A stretch of DNA of 64,000 nucleotides from positions 5,116 to 69,115 of IMG/VR virus record IMGVR_UViG_3300048881_000734; one strand, given 5' to 3'. The notes beneath the pieces are model-generated. The model saw nothing but the letters and a program-made list of their open reading frames with translations, had not been told where the DNA came from and made no database searches. Both the position numbers and the translations under genes were made by a program. Positions 24,200-33,332 of this stretch are shown here, piece after piece. This stretch comes from a virus (taxonomy: Duplodnaviria; Caudoviricetes). Position 1 is the stretch's first letter; each line of letters begins with the position of its first letter.

Positions 24200-24949
24200 G
24201 GGTTCTGATAACACCTCAACATCAACGACTTCTGTGAGGGTAGTCTCTTTAGTCTCCCACAGAACTCGAACATAAGTGGTCACCGCGCCCCGGACCTTCT
24301 CAAGTACAATTCCAATCCGGTCTGTTATTGGACACCTGACTGTTGATCCTTTTCTTGCTTTCATGTTTGTTCCCCTTAATTGTTCTCGGATCACTGATCT
24401 CAATGTTCTCATTTCTGCGGATTCGGTGAGGGCTGTCAATTCTTTCCAGTGGGTTAATGCCACGCCGGTTGGCATGCCACCAGACGCTTGAGTTACTTGA
24501 GCAATCGCATCTTTATATTTTGCTTTCTGGCTGTCGGTTGGAGCAGTTGAAAGATTATGAAGCATATCTGCTAGCTTAACACGAAGTGCCAAAGGCTCAC
24601 CCAACAAAGAAATCATGTATGCTCCGTAATCGCTACCTGATTCGTGTGTTAGAGTTTGAACTGCATTTATCACTTCTTCACCAGCCGCAGGGTCTCCAAT
24701 AGAGCCGCGGATAAAAGACTCCATTTCCTCTATCGAAGAAACAGTTGCACCAGGTGCATCCTCCAAAGAATCGTGAAGCAAAGCGACCATCTGCGCGGCG
24801 TAATCATCCGGATAATACCGCCGAACGATATTCCTTACTTCTGATGGATGTGTGAAATATTCAGCCCCGCTCCTACGCTTTTGACCCATGTGAGCCATTT
24901 GAGCGGTAGAATAAACGTCTTCGAAATCTTCTCGAGTGAAACCGGGCAT
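24167..24949 (-). CDS. HD-domain (p)ppGpp hydrolase-like protein (small alarmone hydrolase) plus SH3-like tail
   Basis: AHMGQKRRSGAEYFTHP, LLHDSLED, VKLADMLHNL; TLRSVIREQL linker. Confidence 0.8.
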   Translation of the reverse strand: MPGFTREDFEDVYSTAQMAHMGQKRRSGAEYFTHPSEVRNIVRRYYPDDYAAQMVALLHDSLEDAPGATVSSIEEMESFIRGSIGDPAAGEEVINAVQTLTHESGSDYGAYMISLLGEPLALRVKLADMLHNLSTAPTDSQKAKYKDAIAQVTQASGGMPTGVALTHWKELTALTESAEMRTLRSVIREQLRGTNMKARKGSTVRCPITDRIGIVLEKVRGAVTTYVRVLWETKETTLTEVVDVEVLSEPSSVASPTAGT

Positions 24950-24954
24950 GTCTA

Positions 24955-24961
24955 TAAATAT
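24955..24961 (-). promoter_or_regulatory. Class B promoter element
   Basis: ATATTTA 5 nt before ATG. Confidence 0.4.
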
Positions 24962-25308
24962 CACATAAAGAGCTGGATGGCTAAAATGGCGAATGATAAT
25001 ATCACGCATAGCATAGTCTTAATGGTGAACATCGATTCGCCCAAAAAATAATAGGTGAAAAACGGAAATATGAAATATGATAACGCAAAAGCAAAAAACC
25101 TGACGCCCCACGCGGACTCTCCTAACGCGGCGTAGCCGTACCGAGTTCCATAATATGCTAAAAGAGTAATGGGGACTGCCAAAGATAACGTGACGTAAAT
25201 ACTCTTAGCTTCCCAATATTCATTGACAAGCTGTAGATTTGCTGAAAACCAAACCATGACATGCAGAGCTATAAAACAGAATGCACAATACAGAAGATTC
25301 ATATTCAT
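24961..25308 (-). CDS. Four-TM small membrane protein
   Basis: Four hydrophobic segments, DMT-like size. Confidence 0.7.
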   Translation of the reverse strand: MNMNLLYCAFCFIALHVMVWFSANLQLVNEYWEAKSIYVTLSLAVPITLLAYYGTRYGYAALGESAWGVRFFAFALSYFIFPFFTYYFLGESMFTIKTMLCVILSFAILAIQLFM

Positions 25309-25490
25309 TAATCACCCTTCGTTGAAATCACTTCAGCAATATCTGCATCGATGATGTCCATCGATTCCCCGTCGACGATCACAGAGTAAAAAACCCCAAG
25401 AGCTGAACCGGCATTGGTGATCTTTGTCACCAACGCAATCCTGCCGTCGAATCGTAAGCGTACAACAGTTCCGACACCTATTATGCCCAT
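25308..25490 (-). CDS. Small SH3/KOW-like protein
   Basis: VGTVVRL..IALVTKI. Confidence 0.55.
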   Translation of the reverse strand: MGIIGVGTVVRLRFDGRIALVTKITNAGSALGVFYSVIVDGESMDIIDADIAEVISTKGD

Positions 25491-25675
25491 GCGACTAAAT
25501 ATTCTCTTGAAAGGGTATAGATTGCGCCTAAATAAAGCACTTCAAAAGTCGGGCGGCGAGTATTATACACTTCCCGCAGACACAGCACAATTTCACCACC
25601 CATAAAAATAGAATTACCCCAAAGCGAAAGCTGTAATGGATGCGCAAAAGTAACGATGCCCAATTCACCAATCAT
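25481..25675 (-). CDS. Small hypothetical protein
   Basis: ATGA overlap with upstream gene. Confidence 0.5.
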   Translation of the reverse strand: MIGELGIVTFAHPLQLSLWGNSIFMGGEIVLCLREVYNTRRPTFEVLYLGAIYTLSREYLVAWA

Positions 25676-25965
25676 TTCTTCACCTCTTCGAACGCGCTAA
25701 TATCACACGGACCATGCCATACTCCATCGCAAATTACTTCAATGGATTTCTTAAGCGCAATAAAGTTGGACTTCGGATTGTAGTTTCTGTCATGAGTGCT
25801 CAAGTCAGATTCTTTCGGGCCAGATGTGACAATGCATAGGGAACGCTCAGGTGGGTAGAGCTCAACTAGCTTGTCATGTCTCAGTCCCAAGCTTAGTACA
25901 CAATAGTCATTAGACCACCGCTTTACCAAGGTTCCCTTCTTAATCATATCTCCATCTCCTCCCAC
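25672..25965 (-). CDS. Small hypothetical protein
   Basis: KKGTLVKR; probable start at MIKKG. Confidence 0.55.
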   Translation of the reverse strand: MGGDGDMIKKGTLVKRWSNDYCVLSLGLRHDKLVELYPPERSLCIVTSGPKESDLSTHDRNYNPKSNFIALKKSIEVICDGVWHGPCDISAFEEVKK

Positions 25966-26300
25966 TCGCCTGACCAGTTGGTATATCTTACCTTGCTAAT
26001 TCCAGCCTTACGAATCTGCTCTACACAAAGCGCGCAGGGTCGGGCCATGGTCCGCTCGTGATTGCACTTTCTGAAACGAATCACTTCAAGCTCATCACCC
26101 GGTTGGGCAAATCGAAGTACATTCATTTCTGCATGCATGTGAGAGCCCCATGTCCCATCGGCATACTGCCGCTTGTATTTGGGGTGCGTTTTATAAGTGT
26201 TCTCACCGATCTTAACAACTTTTCCACGCCGCCTTAAGATAGCAGCGATATGATAAGACCTCCCATTATTCAACGCAAGATTTTTAGCTCGATAGTACAC
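25944..26300 (-). CDS. Zinc-dependent deaminase (cytidine/dCMP deaminase fold)
   Basis: HAEMNVL and RPCALC. Confidence 0.8.
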   Translation of the reverse strand: MYYRAKNLALNNGRSYHIAAILRRRGKVVKIGENTYKTHPKYKRQYADGTWGSHMHAEMNVLRFAQPGDELEVIRFRKCNHERTMARPCALCVEQIRKAGISKVRYTNWSGEWEEMEI

Positions 26301-26308
26301 TGGGCATC

Positions 26309-26653
26309 TTAGGCTCCTATGTCTGAAATTTTATTAACTCTATCTGTTACTATCGTGTCTATTATCTTACGAATATTCTTACATTCTTCAGAGTAAGACT
26401 CGTAGAAATCACGAACCCAATATTTGTAGACATCAGCATGATACGACACATTCTCTGGTTTGAGCTCGGTGATCTTTACCACCCACTCGCGAATTGACTC
26501 TCTATCATCGCCCTTTAATTCTGCCGGACATTTCCCGGACGGGATTACAAGATTACGATGAGGAGATCTTGTCTTTACGCTTCCCTCCGCGGGTCGTCCC
26601 CACTTAGAAGTGTTCGCTTTCCGAATCCGGGATGTTCTCTTTTTTTTAGCCAT
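26309..26653 (-). CDS. Hypothetical protein
   Basis: Probable start at MAKKKR within the longer ORF 26309..26815. Confidence 0.6.
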   Translation of the reverse strand: MAKKKRTSRIRKANTSKWGRPAEGSVKTRSPHRNLVIPSGKCPAELKGDDRESIREWVVKITELKPENVSYHADVYKYWVRDFYESYSEECKNIRKIIDTIVTDRVNKISDIGA

Positions 26654-26912
26654 CCTGATGAACCCAAACGACCATATACGTCGCTGAGGTGTCATATCGA
26701 TCCTTTTCAGCGATTGCGGTCGATGGAACAGTGTAGGGGGTAAAGCCAGTAGACGATTGCCATCCCGTCTGTGCCAAAGCTGTACAGTCTGATTGTAGCA
26801 TGATGGCTCTTCCATCCAGGTCTGGATAGAAAAAACCCCTCTCGCCCGCGACAGATCTACGGACGGTCTCTCCTCGTTTAAGCTCGATGATAGTCATGTT
26901 TAGTTTCTCCAA
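26646..26912 (-). CDS. Hypothetical protein
   Basis: 88 aa ORF filling the gap in the gene run. Confidence 0.55.
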   Translation of the reverse strand: MEKLNMTIIELKRGETVRRSVAGERGFFYPDLDGRAIMLQSDCTALAQTGWQSSTGFTPYTVPSTAIAEKDRYDTSATYMVVWVHQDG

Positions 26913-27211
26913 TAAATCAATTCGATGGTGTTCCCAAACGGATCACTCCTATAAACATAACAACTACCGTCCCGATGTTCATGATAATCAGGACCTAAAT
27001 CTTCAAGACAATTAACGCGAAATGCCGTGTGCGGAGGGTGCTGACCCGGGATGGTTAGCGCTATACTAATTCCATTCACGTCTAGCATTGCCCATGTTTC
27101 GTCGACATATTTAACTGTTGCATTGAGATCACCAACGTACCAATCAACGGCCAGCTTTATATCATCAACGTTTATAGCTACATGATCAAACTCTAGTGTT
27201 GTGTCACTCAT
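26900..27211 (-). CDS. VOC/glyoxalase-family protein
   Basis: FDHVAINVDD..WY, HTAF, DPFGNTIEL. Confidence 0.85.
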   Translation of the reverse strand: MSDTTLEFDHVAINVDDIKLAVDWYVGDLNATVKYVDETWAMLDVNGISIALTIPGQHPPHTAFRVNCLEDLGPDYHEHRDGSCYVYRSDPFGNTIELIYWRN

Positions 27212-27557
27212 CGGGTGTCTCCGCCAGTGTCAATTCATCAGGGAGGAAAAAATTAACGTCACCACCGTCCTCCAGGACCGCGATGACGCGTAAGTCAGAA
27301 AATGACCCAGATAAAATAGGCCCCAAGTTTCCAAGTTCCGAAGAAGCGGCATGACCTAAACAAAGATACACCTTCCCATCCTTTTCATCCACCCAGATGT
27401 CTTCCTTAACAATAGAGTTATAGACAACAATGTCTCCGGGCGATAACGGATTATTACCGCTTGGATCTTTTGTGTTTTCTCCTCGGCTTCGGCTTCCTTT
27501 TCTTCGAGTGAGTGGTTTTGCTTTTTTTGTCATTGTAAACCATCTGCAATTCGGCAT
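27204..27557 (-). CDS. SH3-like hypothetical protein
   Basis: SPGDIVVY; 5' end overlaps def, start uncertain. Confidence 0.45.
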   Translation of the reverse strand: MPNCRWFTMTKKAKPLTRRKGSRSRGENTKDPSGNNPLSPGDIVVYNSIVKEDIWVDEKDGKVYLCLGHAASSELGNLGPILSGSFSDLRVIAVLEDGGDVNFFLPDELTLAETPDE

Positions 27558-28098
27558 GATCTCTCTCGAAATCTGCGGTCGTCTCCTTTCTCAGACGAGA
27601 AATTCTCTTCATTTCTTTTTTTATTTTCTTCGTAAGAAGCTGACGCTTCAGTCTTGAAAGCTTATCAAGGTAAAGCACTCCATCGAGATGGTCTACCTCA
27701 TGCTGAATGCATGCGGCAGCGAGGCCCTTTAAGTTAAACCAGCGCTCTTCCCATTTCTCATTATAGAAGACAACTTTACATTGTGAATATCTTGGAACTC
27801 TCTCCATAACAAATGGCACAGAAAAACAAGCTTCTTCAGATTGCCACATTTCACCAGACAAAGTCAGCGAAGGATTAATCATCACGAGACTTTCTCCATC
27901 CTCGAAATCCAAATGGCTGGGATTCACCACGATAACCCTTCTGTAAATTCCAATCTGCGGTGCTGCTAAACCAAGACCACCCGTGACATTGAACGTATCA
28001 AGAAGGTCATCAACAATAGGCCCGTAATCCTCTTTGGTCAGCGGGGTAGATTTCTGTTTAAGTGACAAGTCGGGCCACTGAATAACTTTTCTGAACAT
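27454..28098 (-). CDS. def: Peptide deformylase with basic C-terminal tail
   Basis: GLGLAAPQIG, EACFS, QHEVDHLDG. Confidence 0.95.
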   Translation of the reverse strand: MFRKVIQWPDLSLKQKSTPLTKEDYGPIVDDLLDTFNVTGGLGLAAPQIGIYRRVIVVNPSHLDFEDGESLVMINPSLTLSGEMWQSEEACFSVPFVMERVPRYSQCKVVFYNEKWEERWFNLKGLAAACIQHEVDHLDGVLYLDKLSRLKRQLLTKKIKKEMKRISRLRKETTADFERDHAELQMVYNDKKSKTTHSKKRKPKPRRKHKRSKR

Positions 28099-28103
28099 AA
28101 ATC

Positions 28104-28289
28104 CTACTTTTCAGCTAGCTGTGAATACCAGACACCGAAGCAGAGCAGCGATGTAATAAAACTAAAAATTGCCTGTATTTGAAAATCTGCTGAAACGAAA
28201 TATGTTCCAAGCCCAACGTTAATAAACGTTAAAAAGAGAAATATTGCCTCCCGAATGGAGGTAGGAAAAAGCTTTACCAATATCCTCAC
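28104..28289 (-). CDS. Small two-TM membrane protein
   Basis: GTGA overlap start; two hydrophobic segments. Confidence 0.55.
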   Translation of the reverse strand: MRILVKLFPTSIREAIFLFLTFINVGLGTYFVSADFQIQAIFSFITSLLCFGVWYSQLAEK

Positions 28290-28585
28290 TTGGTGTTCTT
28301 CTTCTTCTGTCGCGTAGACTTCTTGGTGGCAGACTTGCGCAAGGGTCGTTCTGCAGCTGGAACATGCCACGTTTCGTTAGACGTATCTTCAGACAACTTA
28401 ATCTTAACATTGGCGGCTACACCAGCTGAAGGTGTGTCAAGAAATACCGGATATGCTGGTGCGTCAACGTCATGCTGCGCACACCACTCCGCTAAATCAA
28501 GATCTGTCGTAATTCCCTTATCAACAAAATACTGCTTTACATCTTTAATTCTTCGGCGATGCAAAAATCTTTCAAAAGTTCTCAT
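28286..28585 (-). CDS. Hypothetical protein with basic tail
   Basis: 99 aa ORF in operon-like run. Confidence 0.65.
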   Translation of the reverse strand: MRTFERFLHRRRIKDVKQYFVDKGITTDLDLAEWCAQHDVDAPAYPVFLDTPSAGVAANVKIKLSEDTSNETWHVPAAERPLRKSATKKSTRQKKKNTK

Positions 28586-28933
28586 TTAATTCCACTCCGT
28601 TCCTGGATCTTCTTCATTTCTTCGAGCACCGGGCAATGCAAATTTGTTTTGTCCCTTCTGAAAAACCTCTTGCTTCACTTCATGCTCTAATCTGCGAATC
28701 TTCTTTTCTACGACAAGCCACACGTTGGAGGGCATTTCGCTGTCGCCGAAACAGTCCCACGGTGTATTCTTGAGCCAGAACAAAGCTTTCTCAACATTGG
28801 GAGGTGCAGCCATTAGCATTGCTTTCAGCTCATCCAAAAATTCCCCCATTAGATCTTCATCCCAGTTTAACGCTTCAAGTAGCTCAGTGTGACCGCGGAG
28901 GTCATCTAAATACCCAAGAATATGGTTAATCAC
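28586..28933 (-). CDS. Hypothetical protein
   Basis: ATGA overlap. Confidence 0.65.
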   Translation of the reverse strand: MINHILGYLDDLRGHTELLEALNWDEDLMGEFLDELKAMLMAAPPNVEKALFWLKNTPWDCFGDSEMPSNVWLVVEKKIRRLEHEVKQEVFQKGQNKFALPGARRNEEDPGTEWN

Positions 28934-29211
28934 AGCTTGATACCTTCAGCCTCGATAATATCAGCCACTGACTCTTGGAATCGCGGGTCGAGAGCAATCC
29001 GATCGATCTCGTCCTTTGACATCCCCTGCATTTCACAGATAGGTTCAGCTAGCTTTCTCATCCCAGACAAGAAATAATTACGTGCTGCCGAATGCTTCAT
29101 GGGAAATCCATCATTCGTCATAATTTCGGCAATTTCGCGGTAACCTTTACCACCGCGGTCGCCTACAGTTGCGTAGCCATTGTCGGCCTTAAATCCCTTG
29201 GGCATGCTCAT
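28930..29211 (-). CDS. Putative HTH DNA-binding protein
   Basis: GYREIAEIMT..HSAARNYF; co-transcribed with the sigma factor. Confidence 0.55.
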   Translation of the reverse strand: MSMPKGFKADNGYATVGDRGGKGYREIAEIMTNDGFPMKHSAARNYFLSGMRKLAEPICEMQGMSKDEIDRIALDPRFQESVADIIEAEGIKL

Positions 29212-29969
29212 CGTGTACCTCGCTTCTTAAGCTGCTTATACTCTTTGTTTTTAATTGGAAAATTCTCATGGTCTGCACAGTCTTCAGACAGACCAAACCG
29301 TAGCCTAATAATCTTTTCTTCACGCGAAGACAATGACTTCAGGGACTGGATAAGAGTCTGTCGGATGACAGTCTTATCCATCTCATCACCCGGATCTCTA
29401 TCATCCACCCCTCCCACAACCTCTGCAAAGGTACGGCTACCGGAGTCGTCCTTACTCATAGGACGATCAAGAGAGAGCGCATGCGCGCCCGACTTTCGGA
29501 TAGCCTTTAGTGTCTCAACAGGCACACCTACCGCTGTCGCAATTTCTTGTGGAGAAGGCTCACACTTGAATTGTTCCAGATACTCTTCGCGGAACTTGTA
29601 CGCCTTATACATCACCGCTCGGGCAGAAGTTGGCATCTTGATAGCTCCCGACTGGCCGGCAACATGAGACTGCACCGCCTGACGAATCCACCACACAGCA
29701 TATGTGCTAAACTTAAACCCTTTACGCCAATCAAATCGATCAACTGCTCGAATCAAGCCAATATTGGACTCTTGCACCAGGTCCTCAAACGAGCACCCCT
29801 TGTCGCGGAAATTCTTTGCAATTGAAATCGCGAGTCGGAGATTCGCTGAGATCATTCGATCTCTTGCGCGCTGATCTCCAGCCTCAATTGCTTTTGCTAG
29901 CTCAACCTCCTCTGCACGAGACAGAAGATTGTGTTTTCCAACTTCCTTAAAATAACTTTCTAGAACCAA
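29208..29969 (-). CDS. Sigma-70 family sigma factor (regions 1.2-4)
   Basis: YFKEV..LLSRAEEVELA, ANLRLA, DLVQESNIGLIRAVDRFD..KGFKFSTYAVWWIRQ, REEKIIRLRFGL; TTG start with GGAGGT SD. Confidence 0.93.
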   Translation of the reverse strand: MVLESYFKEVGKHNLLSRAEEVELAKAIEAGDQRARDRMISANLRLAISIAKNFRDKGCSFEDLVQESNIGLIRAVDRFDWRKGFKFSTYAVWWIRQAVQSHVAGQSGAIKMPTSARAVMYKAYKFREEYLEQFKCEPSPQEIATAVGVPVETLKAIRKSGAHALSLDRPMSKDDSGSRTFAEVVGGVDDRDPGDEMDKTVIRQTLIQSLKSLSSREEKIIRLRFGLSEDCADHENFPIKNKEYKQLKKRGTR

Positions 29970-30026
29970 GTCGACCTCCGTGGACAGTTAAAACAGTGGG
30001 TGCTGTATAGTCCCACCATCATTATT

Positions 30027-30055
30027 ATTATACACTATTTTAGCGGCGATTTGCA
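30027..30055 (-). promoter_or_regulatory. Class A promoter for the sigma gene
   Basis: TGCAAA-N17-TATAAT. Confidence 0.5.
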
Positions 30056-30315
30056 CGATTTTTTGAAAACTTTTTATTTTTTTGATACTCTGCATGAGCA
30101 TCACGGCGAGCTACTCTGTGCTCTAATTCTCGGTAAAGATAGCAGATCTCTGTCTCCACTTTCAAGAGTCTTTCTTGAAGAATCTCATCTTTCCTATTAC
30201 GCTTGAGGTCATGCATCAGACGGTCTCGCTTGTAAGAAAGGCCGCTCATCTCGCGGCTGAGTCGATCTTCACGAACATACGGAATATCATTAGTGGCAAC
30301 TGTCATTTTTTCCAT
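30040..30315 (-). CDS. Coiled-coil hypothetical protein
   Basis: 91 aa ORF. Confidence 0.65.
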   Translation of the reverse strand: MEKMTVATNDIPYVREDRLSREMSGLSYKRDRLMHDLKRNRKDEILQERLLKVETEICYLYRELEHRVARRDAHAEYQKNKKFSKNRANRR

Positions 30316-30354
30316 CCTTGTTTAATTATAGCAACGTACAAAAACCAGCTCTCT

Positions 30355-31935
30355 TTACTCATCATCCCTGACCATTGCGCAGCCAATTGATAGTAAATTG
30401 ATAGAAACACTTGAAGCGTTTTGAAGCGCTAAACGCGTAACTTTCGCGGGGTCAACTATTCCTGCTTTCATTAGATTGCAGACGTCTCCATTATTTCCAT
30501 TATAACCGAAATTCTTAGGTTTTTCAATAATTCTCTCTAAAATAACCTCGGGAACCGAGCCACAATTTGCTGCAATCTGTTTGAGTGGTTCACATGCAGC
30601 GCTGTATAAAATTTTATGACCAATCGAGATATCAGGGTCTGCTCTCATCTTAGACTTTGCAATACGTGCAACCAACGAACCACCACCCGCTACGATTCCC
30701 TCTTGCATTGCGGCTTTTGTCGCATAAAGAGCATCTTCCACGCGGTCTTTTCGCTCACTAATCTCAGACTCTGTTGCACCACCGACTCTTAGGATGCCAA
30801 TACCACTGTTCATTCTCTTGACACGACGATTTAAGACATTCATCATTTCCATATCATCAGAATATTCTAACGATGCTTGCTTTATTTGTAGCACCCTTTC
30901 CTCTATTGCCGCTTTAGAACCCGCCACCCCAATAAAAATAGTTCTGAATCGATATGACGACATTTTTTTGCATGATCCGAGATCGACCAGCTTTTTCCCT
31001 CGCCATCCGGATGGTTCGCCAGTAAGTGTCTCAGTCCCAAGCAAAATTGCCAAATCATGCAAAGACTCCAGTCTAGAACTTCCAAATTCTGGGGCAGCTA
31101 AAACGCAAGCACGAATAAGATTTTTTGAATGGTTAAGAATCAAGCCCTGTAGAGCGTCACCAGTGGTTTCGGGCCCAATAATTACAAGCGGTCGATTCTC
31201 TCTAGCGGCTTCTTCCATAAAATGCATAAGATCATGAACAGAACTAATCCTTTGGTCAGTTACGAGGATGGCTGGATTAAACAGCTCACATGACATTCTT
31301 GCGGGCTTGTTAACAAAGTATGGTGATACATACCCACGGTCAAGCTCACACCCATCAACAATCTCTAGCGAAGATTCGAAACCCTTCGCCTCATCGACCG
31401 TAACTGTTCCGTGATCACCCACAGCCTTTATTGCCTGCACAATCAAGTCCGCCAAGTCCGGCTCATTATTAACAGAGATATTTGCGACGCGTCGTAAGTC
31501 TTCGTCAGACTTCACGGGTACGGCGGAGTTCCTTATTTCGTCGCATAAGGTTTCTGTCGCTGCTCGAATACCCGAGCGGATATCCCTTAATTCATGGCCT
31601 CCAGCCAGCGCCTTCAGTCCTTCTTGAAAAATTGCGCATGCCAATACAGTGGCTGTGGTAGTACCATCACCTGCTTCTTCGGCGGTCCGTTGAGCTGCTT
31701 CTCTTACAAGCTGAACACCGAGATTCGCGAACCGATCTCGAAGATTAATTGCACGAGCAACCGTAACACCATCTTTCGTCAAAATTGGTGGCGCATCATC
31801 CTGCTCGATCAAGACATTCTTTCCGCTTGGGCCCATCGTTACTCGCACAGCGTCAGCAAGCTTTTCAACTCCGACCCTGATTAGGTCTCGAGATTCTTCG
31901 GAAAACGTAATGACCCGATTACTCTGAGAGATCAT
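30355..31935 (-). CDS. groEL: GroEL-like chaperonin
   Basis: TMGPSGKNV, TKDGVTVA, GDGTTTATVLA, GGATE, DALYAT..GIVAGGG. Confidence 0.95.
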   Translation of the reverse strand: MISQSNRVITFSEESRDLIRVGVEKLADAVRVTMGPSGKNVLIEQDDAPPILTKDGVTVARAINLRDRFANLGVQLVREAAQRTAEEAGDGTTTATVLACAIFQEGLKALAGGHELRDIRSGIRAATETLCDEIRNSAVPVKSDEDLRRVANISVNNEPDLADLIVQAIKAVGDHGTVTVDEAKGFESSLEIVDGCELDRGYVSPYFVNKPARMSCELFNPAILVTDQRISSVHDLMHFMEEAARENRPLVIIGPETTGDALQGLILNHSKNLIRACVLAAPEFGSSRLESLHDLAILLGTETLTGEPSGWRGKKLVDLGSCKKMSSYRFRTIFIGVAGSKAAIEERVLQIKQASLEYSDDMEMMNVLNRRVKRMNSGIGILRVGGATESEISERKDRVEDALYATKAAMQEGIVAGGGSLVARIAKSKMRADPDISIGHKILYSAACEPLKQIAANCGSVPEVILERIIEKPKNFGYNGNNGDVCNLMKAGIVDPAKVTRLALQNASSVSINLLSIGCAMVRDDE

Positions 31936-32120
31936 CCCTTTAGTAGCCTCTTATTGGTAGAAGATTCCTGGAGCGGGGTCGTCAACAACCTTTTCGCACC
32001 AGTAATTACATTCACAGCAACCAATAGATCCCCATCCTGAACTGCAACTTCATCGCCCTCCAGAATTCCGAGAGCTCTCATTTCAACCAGTTTTTCATCC
32101 GGTAAAGTATTTCCTGCCAT
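31932..32120 (-). CDS. Small hypothetical protein
   Basis: 62 aa, ATGA overlap with groEL; no GroES motifs. Confidence 0.6.
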   Translation of the reverse strand: MAGNTLPDEKLVEMRALGILEGDEVAVQDGDLLVAVNVITGAKRLLTTPLQESSTNKRLLKG

Positions 32121-32934
32121 CTTTCAACTCCATAAATGGCGTGGAAAATTTATTCCACGCAGCATCACTAATCATACTCTTAAATTTTAACAACGTAAAG
32201 GTATCACGTAAAGTCTCAAGTGGCATCTCTGGGAATGAATATTCGACCTGCAGACGCTCGGTACTAGAGAACGAATCTAGTGCAATCATTTCAAGGTTTT
32301 CAAGATATTTGACTCTAGCTTCAGGCTTCTTCTCAAAAAAAGCTTCAAGGTTTTTCCCTTCCAGAAGAGCAGCTGCGCGCTTATTCCCTATCCCGGGGAT
32401 TCCCGAAATATTATCAGATGAATCCCCACGTAGGGCTTTCCAGCGTGCATATGGATACTCTGGTACCTCTCTGAAGTCTTTCTTGATAGGATTGTATAGT
32501 AACGTGTTGTCAGCATCCTGACACAACTGGATAAAGTCTGTGTCACTGGAAACAATAACCTTTTCATCTTCTGCGGGTATCAACCCCAGCACCAGGTCAG
32601 CGATTACATCGTCTGCCTCTGCCTCTGGATGTCGCGCAGTTACAAATGGTACTGAGGTCTTGATAATCTTCTCAGCTTCTTTCTTTTGCGCTCGGAACCC
32701 ATCTTTATCATGATAAACTCGAGTCCCCTTATAGGAAGCCTGAAGCTCCATCCGCTTTTTGGGATACCCATCCAGCACAAAATAGACATAGTCTGGAGAA
32801 AATTTCTCTATGATGGGTTTCAGGCTTCGAAAGAATGTATGAATAATAACATTATCATACTTCCGCTGATAGCATGAGTGCCGTGCCCGGAATAATAGAT
32901 TGTTAGCGTCTAGAATCAGATGCTTCATAATCAC
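32095..32934 (-). CDS. 5'-3' exonuclease / flap endonuclease (T4 RNase H-like)
   Basis: LILDANNL, EADDVI, SSDTDF, GDSSDNISGIPGIG. Confidence 0.92.
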   Translation of the reverse strand: MIMKHLILDANNLLFRARHSCYQRKYDNVIIHTFFRSLKPIIEKFSPDYVYFVLDGYPKKRMELQASYKGTRVYHDKDGFRAQKKEAEKIIKTSVPFVTARHPEAEADDVIADLVLGLIPAEDEKVIVSSDTDFIQLCQDADNTLLYNPIKKDFREVPEYPYARWKALRGDSSDNISGIPGIGNKRAAALLEGKNLEAFFEKKPEARVKYLENLEMIALDSFSSTERLQVEYSFPEMPLETLRDTFTLLKFKSMISDAAWNKFSTPFMELKDGRKYFTG

Positions 32935-33332
32935 ATCCTCAGCTTTGCTACCTGACCGCCTTCTAAAACGACCTCAGCATATTCACCCTCGCTCGGGACT
33001 GGAAGTTTTTGATCAACACTCGCCGGAACAAAAGTTTTCGAGGCCTCAACGGCTGCTGATACTAAGCCATCGATCGCCCTAGTTGTGCGTTCAATCATAA
33101 ACGCCTTAATCTCTTCGGGAGTCGCAAATAAGTCCACCGTCGCAGGATCCACCTCAACCGACTTGAGGTTCTTTCCTGAGCGTACCTGTAAGACATACGT
33201 GACCTTCGAAGAATTTTCCATTGATGTTCGTACGATTTTCTCCGAAACTAGCGCAGGAATAACTTGTTCTGTTTTACTTGAGATAAAATAAACAATGGCA
33301 CCGACGCTAAAATGCTCATTAGCAGATTTCAT
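32931..33332 (-). CDS. Hypothetical protein
   Basis: VGAIVYF; ATGA overlap. Confidence 0.65.
   Translation of the reverse strand: MKSANEHFSVGAIVYFISSKTEQVIPALVSEKIVRTSMENSSKVTYVLQVRSGKNLKSVEVDPATVDLFATPEEIKAFMIERTTRAIDGLVSAAVEASKTFVPASVDQKLPVPSEGEYAEVVLEGGQVAKLRM

Noticed and set aside
31932-32120. GroES co-chaperonin upstream of groEL
   Set aside because: Only 62 aa, with no PLxDRV or mobile-loop motif.
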